Shown here piece by piece: positions 7,901 through 16,846 of a stretch of DNA of 64,000 bases. Position 1 is the first letter of the stretch. The number at the start of each line of letters is the position of its first letter. Origin of the DNA: a virus. Taxonomy: Duplodnaviria > Caudoviricetes. Below the pieces are notes generated by a model. It saw nothing but the letters and a program-made list of their open reading frames with translations, made no database searches and had not been told where the DNA came from. The DNA lies in the IMG/VR virus record IMGVR_UViG_3300021399_000009, positions 1 to 64,000 of that record, one strand, 5' to 3'. Made by a program: the position numbers and the translations under genes.

Positions 7901-8040
7901 TACTCCTTTCTGACAAAAGCCGTGTGGCGAGGCTTTGTATCGCCACAAAAATGAAATCTACACTATGCCTTGTGTATAGTTGACCTCCTTCGCCCCGATT
8001 GTCGGGGCATAACGGCAAAACAAGGGAAATACTTGCAATG
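7901..8040 (+). ncRNA. Putative structured small RNA(s) with a pseudoknot and anti-Shine-Dalgarno tracts
   Basis: AAAGCC/GGCTTT interleaved with TGTGGCGA/TCGCCACA; CTCCTTTC and ACCTCCTT; GCCCCGA/TCGGGGC hairpin. Confidence 0.45.
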
Positions 8041-8075
8041 CTGACCAAAACTATTTTATAGGAGGAAATAAAAAA

Positions 8076-8570
8076 ATGAACAACAACGAAAAGATTCAGA
8101 GAGCAGAACGACTTATCGCAGAAGCTAATGCACTTCTCGGTGAAGTTAAAGCCAATAGCAGCAACGAGGAAGATGTGATTGCTAAGTATAAAGAAGATTA
8201 TTGTAAGGATAGGAAATACTATCTTAATAATCAATCTAATGTTGACTTTATAAATATGGGCGACAATTTTGAAAAAGTCAAAAGCCTTACCCAATCTCCA
8301 TATCAGCATTATCTTACAGAAGAACTTGCTGAACAGGCAAAGAAGATAAAAGACTTCAATGATAAATTATTAGCGTTTAAATATTGCTATGATTTAGATT
8401 ATAAGCCTGATTGGAGCGATAAGACAAAAAAATATTATGTTTATTATAATGTTTATGATAGCGAATATATAGCTGACGGTTTGTGTTCTATGTGTGAACC
8501 ATTAGTTTATTTTAGTACAAAGGAAATCGCTCAGAAATGTGCCGATTGGCTTAATTCATTAAGTGAATAA
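8076..8570 (+). CDS. Hypothetical phage protein (paralog of the C-terminal part of 22294-23070)
   Basis: Shared FND.L.AFK.CYD.DY.PDW and YFSTKEIAQKCADWLN. Confidence 0.8.
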   Translation: MNNNEKIQRAERLIAEANALLGEVKANSSNEEDVIAKYKEDYCKDRKYYLNNQSNVDFINMGDNFEKVKSLTQSPYQHYLTEELAEQAKKIKDFNDKLLAFKYCYDLDYKPDWSDKTKKYYVYYNVYDSEYIADGLCSMCEPLVYFSTKEIAQKCADWLNSLSE

Positions 8571-8592
8571 TTTTTAAGGAGGAAATAAAAAA

Positions 8593-10626
8593 ATGACATT
8601 CGTTGAAATGAGAACAAAAATGCTTGAACACTTTGCGGAGATGACAAAGGATTCAACAGAACTTTTTGAGGTAAGTCTTGACAAGGATAAGCTCTGGGAT
8701 TTATACCTTGAAAGTTTCCCACCTGAGAAGAACAAGATATTCAGAGAACGTAGAGAACATGATTGTTCTTGTTGTCGCCACTTTATTAAGACAATGGGTA
8801 ATGTGGTAGCAATCAAGGATGGTAAGATTATTTCTCTTTGGGACTTTGATATTGAGGGTGATGACACATATGAACCTTCAATTAAGGCAATGAGAGAATA
8901 TGTTCATGAGTGTGCTATCAGAGATGCGTTTTGTACAAAAGAAAGACGTATTGGAACAGAGTACAACAGAGAACTCTCCGATGGTCAGCTTCGCACTTGG
9001 GAACATTTCTATGCAGACATTCCTAATAAGTTTGTAATTACAAATGGGGATTCTAAAGAAACAAGACAGGGACTATTTCGTGATACAAGAAACGTATTCA
9101 AGCGTTCACTTGACGAGATAACAGAAGAAGCTGTTAATGTCGTTCTTGAACTTATCGCACAGGGTTCTCTTTACCGTGGCGAGGAACATAAGGGAGTTCT
9201 TGAAAGGTTTGCAAGTTATCAGGTAAAATACAATCAGCTTACCAATGAGCAGAAAGAAATCTTTGCTTGGGAGTATGCGAGTGAAGCTGGTATAGCTATC
9301 GGCAAAATAAGAAATCATTCTATTGGTACACTTCTGACAGACATTTCCGAGGGAGTTGACCTTGATAGAGCGGTAAAAAGTTATGAAGCTATTGTAGCTC
9401 CTGCCAATTACAAGCGACCAAAGGCTATTTTTACAAAGCGTATGCTTGAAGATGCTAAGAAAACTATTTCAGACCTCGGTTATATGGATTCATTAAAGAG
9501 AAGATACGCAACTCTTGATGACATTACTGTAAACAATATTCTGTTCTCTAACAGGGATTCTGCAAAACGTATTTCTGGTGCAGATATATTTGACGAAATG
9601 GCTGCAAGCGTGGCTATTAATCCCAAGAAGTTCAACAAAGTTGAAGAAATCAATATTGAGAACTTTATTGAGAACGTTCTCCCTACTGCACAGGAGATTG
9701 AAGTTCTGTTCGAGAACAAACTCGCCTCTAATATGGTAAGTCTTATTGCTTCTGAGAACAAGGACAGTAAAACAATGTTCAAGTGGGACAACAATTTCTG
9801 TTGGGCTTACGCTGGTAACGCAACAGATTCAATGAAGGAAAGAGTTAAGGCTGCTGGTGGTAGCGTTACTGGTGATTTAAGATTCTCTATTCAGTGGAAT
9901 GAGGACGGAAATGACAACTGTGACCTTGATGCTCATTGCATAACACCAATCAATGGTGATGAAATCTATTACGGTCATAAACGAAGTGTTACTCACGGCG
10001 AACTTGACGTAGACATAATTCATCCCGATGGTAGGGTTGCTGTTGAGAATATAACTTGGGCTAACAGGAATAATATGAAGGACGGTATTTATAAGTTTTA
10101 TGTTCATCAGTTTGGTGGTAGTGCAAGGAATGGTTTCAGAGCAGAGATTGAATTTGATGGTCAGATTTATAGCTTTGATTATTCTCATTCTATGAGATAC
10201 AAAGAAAAGGTGTTTGTTGCAGAAGTGATATTAAAAAATGGTCAGTTCACAATGAAACCTTTGCTTTCAGAAAATAATGTTTCAAGTAGAGAAGTTTGGG
10301 GACTGAATACCAATCAGTTTGTGCCTGTATCAGTGATTATGTATTCACCTAATTATTGGGACGAGCAGAAGGGTATAGGCAATAAGCATTATTTCTTTAT
10401 GTTAAAGGATTGTGTAAATCCTGAGACACCTAATGGCTTCTATAACGAGTTTCTTAATAATGAACTTGACAAACATAAGAGAGTTATGGAGGCTCTTGGT
10501 TCTAAGCTTGCTGTCACCAATGCTGATGACCAGCTTAGTGGTATCGGATTTAGTTCTACTAAGCGTAACTCAATTATCGTTAAGGTCAAGGGTAAGACCG
10601 AGAGAACATTAAAGATTATTTTTTAA
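8593..10626 (+). CDS. Large phage protein of unknown function; C-terminal YfaP/DUF2135-like domain
   Basis: 677 aa; HDCSCCRHF Cys cluster; LRFSIQW..DLDAHC..GELDVD..VENITW. Confidence 0.75.
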   Translation: MTFVEMRTKMLEHFAEMTKDSTELFEVSLDKDKLWDLYLESFPPEKNKIFRERREHDCSCCRHFIKTMGNVVAIKDGKIISLWDFDIEGDDTYEPSIKAMREYVHECAIRDAFCTKERRIGTEYNRELSDGQLRTWEHFYADIPNKFVITNGDSKETRQGLFRDTRNVFKRSLDEITEEAVNVVLELIAQGSLYRGEEHKGVLERFASYQVKYNQLTNEQKEIFAWEYASEAGIAIGKIRNHSIGTLLTDISEGVDLDRAVKSYEAIVAPANYKRPKAIFTKRMLEDAKKTISDLGYMDSLKRRYATLDDITVNNILFSNRDSAKRISGADIFDEMAASVAINPKKFNKVEEINIENFIENVLPTAQEIEVLFENKLASNMVSLIASENKDSKTMFKWDNNFCWAYAGNATDSMKERVKAAGGSVTGDLRFSIQWNEDGNDNCDLDAHCITPINGDEIYYGHKRSVTHGELDVDIIHPDGRVAVENITWANRNNMKDGIYKFYVHQFGGSARNGFRAEIEFDGQIYSFDYSHSMRYKEKVFVAEVILKNGQFTMKPLLSENNVSSREVWGLNTNQFVPVSVIMYSPNYWDEQKGIGNKHYFFMLKDCVNPETPNGFYNEFLNNELDKHKRVMEALGSKLAVTNADDQLSGIGFSSTKRNSIIVKVKGKTERTLKIIF

Positions 10627-10641
10627 GGAGGAAAACTAATT

Positions 10642-11016
10642 ATGAATATTTTTGAAAGAGCAGTAAGAGAAAAGACACGTTTTGCTTTTAAGGGTAGTAT
10701 CGGAGTAGAGGAACTTTGGGACTTGTCCCTTACTAACCTTGACACCATTTATGGTAATCTTGAAACAGAGCTTGAAGGTCTGCCTAAGAAGTCTCTGCTC
10801 TCCACTAACTCTAAGCAGAGAGAGGAAATCGAGTTCAAGCAGGAGATTATTAAGTATATCGTAGAAACAAAGAAAGCAGAAGCAGAGCAGATGTCTGTTG
10901 CCAAGGAGAACTCAGCTAAGAAGCAGATGATTCTTGATATTCTTGCAAAGAAGCAGAATCAGTCTTACGAGAATATGAGTGTGGAGGAACTTACCGCACT
11001 GGCTAATAGTCTGTAA
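10642..11016 (+). CDS. Hypothetical coiled-coil protein, partner of the upstream gene
   Basis: IFERA.R.K.RF..KG...EELWDL motif; strong RBS. Confidence 0.75.
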   Translation: MNIFERAVREKTRFAFKGSIGVEELWDLSLTNLDTIYGNLETELEGLPKKSLLSTNSKQREEIEFKQEIIKYIVETKKAEAEQMSVAKENSAKKQMILDILAKKQNQSYENMSVEELTALANSL

Positions 11017-11027
11017 GACAAATGAAA

Positions 11028-11056
11028 TAGTGACCGTATGAACAATGCGGTCACTA
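11028..11056 (+). terminator. Intergenic hairpin (terminator or stabiliser)
   Basis: tagtgaccgtat-5 nt-atgcggtcacta. Confidence 0.55.
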
Positions 11057-11082
11057 AAGTTTAATATTTAAGGAGCGTAAAT

Positions 11083-11625
11083 ATGAGCAAAACGGCTATT
11101 CGTAAAGGAACATTTGAAACTAATAGTTCAAGTGTACATTCAATATGTATATCAAAGAAACCAGTTGGTGCTGTTAAGGGAAAGAAAATTTCATTTTATC
11201 TTGGAGACTATGGATGGGAAAATGAAAGCGTTGATGTAGCGGATTATCTTTATACTGCTATTATGTGTCAGAGCAATTCCGAGGAACTTCTCGATAAACT
11301 GAAATCAATTCTTGACAAGTATGAAATTAATTACACATTTCAGCCAATAGAAAGGGCTTTTCGTTGGTGGGGAATTGACCACTCAGGAGAAACAATTGAT
11401 TTTGTAAATGCCGTACTTGAAGATGAGGATTTACTTCTCAGGTGTCTATTTAATGATGATAGTGTTGTATATACAGGCAATGATAACGATGATGCACGTT
11501 ATGATACCTGTTATCAAGCAATAGAAAATAAAAGTTGTTTTAACCACGAAAAGAATGAATGGGAATCAAAATCAAATCCGTATCACGATGAAAACAATTT
11601 TGATTATTTTATAAAAGGAAACTAA
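11083..11625 (+). CDS. 'ETNSSS'-motif protein 1
   Basis: N-terminal IRKGTFETNSSSVHSICI. Confidence 0.8.
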   Translation: MSKTAIRKGTFETNSSSVHSICISKKPVGAVKGKKISFYLGDYGWENESVDVADYLYTAIMCQSNSEELLDKLKSILDKYEINYTFQPIERAFRWWGIDHSGETIDFVNAVLEDEDLLLRCLFNDDSVVYTGNDNDDARYDTCYQAIENKSCFNHEKNEWESKSNPYHDENNFDYFIKGN

Positions 11626-11640
11626 TAGGAGGATTTGACA

Positions 11641-12012
11641 ATGAAAGAAACAATTCGCAGAGGTATTTTTGAAACCAATTCTTCAAGCGTACATTCGATA
11701 GTTATGTGCAATAGTGATGAATACAACAAGTGGCGTAACGGAGATGTATACTATGACCGTTGGAATACAAAATTTGTTAAAGCAAATGATTCAATTCTCA
11801 AAGCAAGAGAGTGTGAGTCGTATGACCAAGCATATAGTCTTTATATAAGTGATAAGGAGAATGAGTTTTATAGTGACTGCTATCACAGATTTTTAACTTG
11901 GGACGAGTTTTTTAATGACTATGAATATATAGACCATGAAACTTTTAAAGATGAATACACTACCAAATCAGGTGAAACAGTTGTTGCTTTTGGATATTAC
12001 GGACACGATTAA
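11641..12012 (+). CDS. 'ETNSSS'-motif protein 2
   Basis: N-terminal IRRGIFETNSSSVHSIVM; ends FGYYGHD. Confidence 0.8.
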   Translation: MKETIRRGIFETNSSSVHSIVMCNSDEYNKWRNGDVYYDRWNTKFVKANDSILKARECESYDQAYSLYISDKENEFYSDCYHRFLTWDEFFNDYEYIDHETFKDEYTTKSGETVVAFGYYGHD

Positions 12013-12022
12013 GGAGGATGTA

Positions 12023-12925
12023 ATGCGTATATTAGGCAGATATAAAAATGGCAATATTACTACAACAATATTAGACGATGGCACAAAGATAAGAAGAACA
12101 GAGGATGATGAATTTCGTCCTCTGTATGCCGAAAATTGTGATGTAAAAATTACAGACCATTGCGATGGTGGTTGCCCGATGTGTTATGAAGGTTGTACAG
12201 CAAATGGCAAACACGGTCAGTTGTTTGACTATCCAAATCTTATTGAATCACTTCATCCATACACCGAACTTGCCTTAAACGGCAACGACCTTTCACATCC
12301 CTTACTTGTACCATTTCTTTTAAAGCTAAAGGAAAAGAAAATAATTGCCAATCTTACAGTGAATCAGATGCACTTTGAGAGATATTATAATTTTATTTGT
12401 GATATTGTTGAAAGCAATCTGATTCACGGTCTTGGTATTAGTCTTAATAATCCTACTGACAACTTTATCACTAAGGTTAAACACTTTCCTAATGCGGTAA
12501 TTCATACTATTAATGGTGTTCTTACACAGATACAAGCAGAGAAGCTGGCTGATAATGATTTGAAAATTCTTATTCTTGGATATAAATATATGGAACGTGG
12601 AGTTAGCTATTATCTGGACAATGAGAATGAACTAAAGGCAAATCAGGCTTGGCTGTATAATCATCTTGATGAACTCACACAGAGATTCAAGTGTGTTTCT
12701 TTTGACAACCTCGCCATCAAGCAACTTGATGTCAAGAGATTAATGTCAGAAGAAGAATGGGAAACGTTCTATATGGGTGATGACGGTTCGTTTACATTCT
12801 ATATTGATATGGTTGATGGCACTTTCGGTAAGAATAGTCTGACACCAAAATACAAACGTATTCCCATTGGTGATAAAACCATTGACGAAATGTTCGAGAT
12901 TGTAAGAAATAATAATTGGGACTAA
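12023..12925 (+). CDS. Radical SAM enzyme
   Basis: CDGGCPMC (CxxxCxxC) preceded by DVKITDH; AGGAGG RBS before ATG 12023. Confidence 0.9.
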   Translation: MRILGRYKNGNITTTILDDGTKIRRTEDDEFRPLYAENCDVKITDHCDGGCPMCYEGCTANGKHGQLFDYPNLIESLHPYTELALNGNDLSHPLLVPFLLKLKEKKIIANLTVNQMHFERYYNFICDIVESNLIHGLGISLNNPTDNFITKVKHFPNAVIHTINGVLTQIQAEKLADNDLKILILGYKYMERGVSYYLDNENELKANQAWLYNHLDELTQRFKCVSFDNLAIKQLDVKRLMSEEEWETFYMGDDGSFTFYIDMVDGTFGKNSLTPKYKRIPIGDKTIDEMFEIVRNNNWD

Positions 12926-12936
12926 GAGGATAAAAA

Positions 12937-13254
12937 ATGAATAACTTTATTAAGCTAAATAAACGTAATGATTACATATCTTTTGTAGAAGATACGAGAG
13001 ATTGCTTTGAGTGTCCAGAAGAATGGGAGAATTTCTTTGGGTTCTGTTTGGAGTGCGATGACGATGGCAACGAACTGGAAGATATTTGGAGTTATTCAAA
13101 GAATAATAAATTTGAAACCGAACCTCTTGAAAATGAATATCCTGTTGTTGCTTATTGTAACATTGATAATAGTGCTGATAGATTTGGTAGTTTTAATATA
13201 AGAATATTTGATTATATTCCTATGAGGAAGTTGGCTGTAAATGGACAAAGATAA
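12937..13254 (+). CDS. Hypothetical protein
   Basis: ORF with GAGG RBS. Confidence 0.7.
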   Translation: MNNFIKLNKRNDYISFVEDTRDCFECPEEWENFFGFCLECDDDGNELEDIWSYSKNNKFETEPLENEYPVVAYCNIDNSADRFGSFNIRIFDYIPMRKLAVNGQR

Positions 13255-13271
13255 AAGGAGAGATTAGTATA

Positions 13272-14354
13272 ATGAGCAGAAGTTTGGCACATATCGAAAG
13301 AGTAGAATGGATTAAACCTATTGAGGGTAAAGATAGAATTGTTCTTGCTGGTATTCTTGGCTGGCAAGTTATTGTCAAGAAAGACGAATTTGAAGTTGGT
13401 GACTGCGTTGTTTTCTGTGAGATTGATTCAGTATTTCCCGAAAAGCCTGAGTTTGAATTTCTTAGAAAGAATAAGTTCCGTATTCGCACAATGAAAATGG
13501 GTGGAGTTCTTAGTCAGGGTATTGCTTTTCCACTTTCAATTCTTCCAGTTAAAGAATATACAACAGGAGAAGATGTTACTGAGCTTATAGGAATTACACA
13601 GTATGAACCTACAATGGATAAAGAAATTTCTCATAAAGAGACACAGCCTGTAAAGCATTATCCTGAGTTTTTAATGCGTTGGAAGTGGTTTAGAAAACTT
13701 GTTCTTCCCAAGAAGCAGTATAAGGGGTTTCCCACCTTTGTAAGTAAGACTGATGAAACAAGAATCCAGAACGCACCATTCTATTTGGATATGGATTGCA
13801 ACTGGATTGCTACTGAGAAAGTAGATGGTCAGTCAGGTACTTTCACCTTACAGCGTATAAAGGGAAAGCATTTTTGGAACAAGGATAAATATGATTTTGC
13901 TGTATGTTCACGCAATTTAAGACTCTACACCGAAGATAGTTCATCTTATTGGACAGTGGCAAATAAATATAATATTAAGGACGTTCTTCTTTCTCTTATA
14001 GGAGAGAATGAATGGGTTTGCATACAAGGTGAGTGTATCGCCCCTAATGTACAGAAGAACAAATACCATGTTGACGAACCAGACCTTTATGTATTCAATG
14101 TTATTTTCCCAAATGGAAGAATGAATAGCATTGAAGCCAAAGCTCTTATGTCAGACAAGGGGTTAAAGTTTGTACCAATTATAGATGAATCAGTATCTTT
14201 AAAGGGAATGACAGTTAATGAAGTTCTTACCTATGCTACTGGTAAATCAGAATTATATGATACTTTGCGTGAAGGAATTGTACTTCGTTCACTCGATGGC
14301 AAGCAGAGTTTTAAGGCTGTTAGTCCTGACTTCCTGATTAAAAATGAGGAATGA
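13272..14354 (+). CDS. ATP-dependent RNA ligase (DRB0094/Rnl2-like, N-terminal OB-type module)
   Basis: TEKVDG (KxDG), CSRN, QGE, FNV, EGIV, FKAVS; N-terminal PIEGKDRI..EIDS..SQG. Confidence 0.88.
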   Translation: MSRSLAHIERVEWIKPIEGKDRIVLAGILGWQVIVKKDEFEVGDCVVFCEIDSVFPEKPEFEFLRKNKFRIRTMKMGGVLSQGIAFPLSILPVKEYTTGEDVTELIGITQYEPTMDKEISHKETQPVKHYPEFLMRWKWFRKLVLPKKQYKGFPTFVSKTDETRIQNAPFYLDMDCNWIATEKVDGQSGTFTLQRIKGKHFWNKDKYDFAVCSRNLRLYTEDSSSYWTVANKYNIKDVLLSLIGENEWVCIQGECIAPNVQKNKYHVDEPDLYVFNVIFPNGRMNSIEAKALMSDKGLKFVPIIDESVSLKGMTVNEVLTYATGKSELYDTLREGIVLRSLDGKQSFKAVSPDFLIKNEE

Positions 14355-14908
14355 ATAAACGTCTGTCCAACTTAATGCTCTTAGCTAATTTCCTATCCAC
14401 TTTATTTTATTCCGTATCATATCCGTACATTTATGCTGAGACAATTAAGGTAGTTCCACATTCGTATATAGGAATTGAACAGATACTTGCTTGCCTCGGC
14501 ACAATTATATTTTGTAGGTTATGGAACAAACATAGTGATAGATTATTTGAGCATTATAGATTGTTTTTGTGTGCTGAAATTATAGCAGACATAATTCTTT
14601 TTACTGATGTGCTGATAAGAAATGATTTGAGCTTTTATTTTCTTTTAAACATCATTATCTTCTCGGTGATTACAAGAAACCTATGTTGTGCAAGTACAAA
14701 AATGAGAGCAAAAGTAAATCCTACTGAAAAAGAACGAGAACAGTATGATAACAATTCAAATATGGTTTGCTCTATTGCAACATTAGTTGGTGCTGGTGTT
14801 GCGATAGTATTTGATTTCGATTTACGATTATTGTTTGTGCTTGCCTTTGTGGGAAATGTAATTGATAATGTGTTCTATTTATATATTTACAAAAAGATAA
14901 AGGAGTAA
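14351..14908 (+). CDS. Integral membrane protein (about 5-6 TM, half-MFS-like)
   Basis: Alternating hydrophobic segments across 185 aa. Confidence 0.7.
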   Translation: MNKRLSNLMLLANFLSTLFYSVSYPYIYAETIKVVPHSYIGIEQILACLGTIIFCRLWNKHSDRLFEHYRLFLCAEIIADIILFTDVLIRNDLSFYFLLNIIIFSVITRNLCCASTKMRAKVNPTEKEREQYDNNSNMVCSIATLVGAGVAIVFDFDLRLLFVLAFVGNVIDNVFYLYIYKKIKE

Positions 14909-14912
14909 CAGT

Positions 14913-15341
14913 ATGATACCTCAGATTGGCAATGTATATTATTTTCAAAGTGCGAATGGGTGGGATTTCGGATTCTTCCGAGGCGAACCTACAGGAGAAG
15001 TTCGTTTTGTAAAAGAAGTGAACAAGTATGTATATGTATTTAGGGGCGTAGATAGAATCATAGGAGCAATTGAAAACGAAGATGAAATTGAGTCTGAGTA
15101 CGGAGAGTTTAGGGCATTTGAAGATATGATATTTCCTACTTACGAACAGCTCATATCTGAAATTAACAAACGCCACGAAGAACAGGTTAAAGAATATTAT
15201 GATTCTATTAAAAACTTGCATGACCTGATGGAATTTCCCCTTCATAATTGTATTAGCTGTGCAGAAGAATACACAAATTGGGTAGCAAGAGAAGCATATA
15301 TTAAAAGAGCAAGAGACTTTGGTCTTGAATATGACGAATAA
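14913..15341 (+). CDS. Hypothetical protein
   Basis: ORF with AAGGAG RBS. Confidence 0.75.
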   Translation: MIPQIGNVYYFQSANGWDFGFFRGEPTGEVRFVKEVNKYVYVFRGVDRIIGAIENEDEIESEYGEFRAFEDMIFPTYEQLISEINKRHEEQVKEYYDSIKNLHDLMEFPLHNCISCAEEYTNWVAREAYIKRARDFGLEYDE

Positions 15342-15355
15342 AGGAGCGAGAAAAA

Positions 15356-15664
15356 ATGAGTATAACAAGCTGTCCAATTTGCGGTACTCACGACATAGAT
15401 TACATTCACTATTCTGATTACGGAATTGGTGTAGTCGAGGAATACGTTGATTGCAAACATTGCAACTACTCATTTGAATACGCCTATGGTGCTTATCGAG
15501 AATCATTTGGTAGGTATGAGTTTCATTGGGGTTATTCAATATTCAACAAAGACAATGGTGAGATACGCAAGTTCTTTATGCCGATATACAAAGCTAAATT
15601 TATGGAGCGTAGAAAGTGGCATAAGGGTTTGAGAAAATGGCTCAAAAGGAGTGAGGTGACTTAA
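15356..15664 (+). CDS. Zinc-ribbon-type hypothetical protein
   Basis: CPICG...CKHC. Confidence 0.7.
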   Translation: MSITSCPICGTHDIDYIHYSDYGIGVVEEYVDCKHCNYSFEYAYGAYRESFGRYEFHWGYSIFNKDNGEIRKFFMPIYKAKFMERRKWHKGLRKWLKRSEVT

Positions 15665-16035
15665 TGTTTATTACAGCGACTAATGATAAAGCCAGCATAT
15701 TGTCAGGGATTATAAACTGCATAGGAAGTTCAGATGCAAAGGTAACTATGGTTATAGCTTCTAAAAGACCTATTGAAGATATTCTTTATATTACAAAAGA
15801 GATTCTTTATATCCTTGAAGATACTCAGGATTGCGACTATAAAATCTTAACCAACCGCACTTATTTTTGTGTTGAGTTTGAAAATGGTAGCGTGTTTGAA
15901 GTTAAATATTATCAGCCTAATGCTCGTGGCAAAAGGGCAGATATGGTTATTCTTGATGATGGTATTCCAGAAGAAGATAAAAGGGTTCTACTTGATTATT
16001 GTAATGCAATAGATAGGAGTTCTTATTGTGGATAG
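15664..16035 (+). CDS. Small protein resembling part of the terminase large-subunit ATPase domain
   Basis: VEFENGSVF..NARGKRADMVILDD. Confidence 0.55.
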   Translation: MFITATNDKASILSGIINCIGSSDAKVTMVIASKRPIEDILYITKEILYILEDTQDCDYKILTNRTYFCVEFENGSVFEVKYYQPNARGKRADMVILDDGIPEEDKRVLLDYCNAIDRSSYCG

Positions 16036-16225
16036 TAAATTTAAAGCTTATATGACAAGAGTATTATGTAAAGAGCTTTGTATAAAGTATGGTTATAACG
16101 AAAAGGAATGTCAGGCTTATATTAAAGGCTATCGTGATTGCCAAGAGTTTATGGATAAAAGACTTTCGTTTGATGGCACTGGCAAAGAATTATTTAAAAT
16201 TAAAATTGACGAGGAGGAATCTTAA
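16028..16225 (+). CDS. Small hypothetical protein
   Basis: AGGAG RBS, GTG start. Confidence 0.6.
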   Translation: MDSKFKAYMTRVLCKELCIKYGYNEKECQAYIKGYRDCQEFMDKRLSFDGTGKELFKIKIDEEES

Positions 16226-16581
16226 TGAGCGAGTGTTGTCATAGAAAAGCCGTCAGATTTAAGATTGGCGAAGAATTAGCTTGCAGACTTTTAAAGGTCG
16301 ATAACAGATGGGACATAGAGGATTTACTCAAAGCTCCATTTGAAATTGCTCCAACCAAAGAATTTTTCATTGACTATAATTTGCCTTGTAGTAACGATGC
16401 AGAAGGTGATTGGGGCAAGGTAAGAACTTTGTCCGCATCTGAATATAGCAAATACGAAAAGTTATTTAATGAATTATTCGATTATCAATTAAGATGTTAT
16501 CCTGATGATTTTAGACTTGTTGAATACAGTTGGTATGACGGCGTAGAAGCACCAGATTATTTTGTATACTGGCTTGACTGA
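16225..16581 (+). CDS. Hypothetical protein
   Basis: GAGGAGG RBS. Confidence 0.7.
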   Translation: MSECCHRKAVRFKIGEELACRLLKVDNRWDIEDLLKAPFEIAPTKEFFIDYNLPCSNDAEGDWGKVRTLSASEYSKYEKLFNELFDYQLRCYPDDFRLVEYSWYDGVEAPDYFVYWLD

Positions 16582-16846
16582 TTGGAACGGGAATAAGATA
16601 TTCGAGGGAGATATAATTAAATCTTATCATAGTGGAAAGCCTATGGGCGTGGCTGCCATTTATGGGCAAGACTCGTCATTTTGGTGTGACTTATTAAATG
16701 GCTTAAAATATGATTGCTGTGACACTCTTGACGAATGGGATTGCGAATGTGGTCTTGAAATCATAGGCAACATTTTTGATAATAAGGATATAGTTGATGC
16801 AAGAGAATGGTCAAGAGATGGTGAATGGTTGGGAGGTGAACTATGA
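16562..16846 (+). CDS. YopX-family protein, C-terminal half only
   Basis: YTGLTD.NG.KIFEGDII...EIIGNIFDN; lacks the N-terminal FR motif. Confidence 0.65.
   Translation: MYTGLTDWNGNKIFEGDIIKSYHSGKPMGVAAIYGQDSSFWCDLLNGLKYDCCDTLDEWDCECGLEIIGNIFDNKDIVDAREWSRDGEWLGGEL

Noticed and set aside
14772-15539. 255-aa minus-strand ORF (and similar shadows such as 24414-25106, 7890-8309, 48346-48768)
   Set aside because: Antisense to well-supported + strand genes or RNAs, no RBS or promoter support, atypical composition
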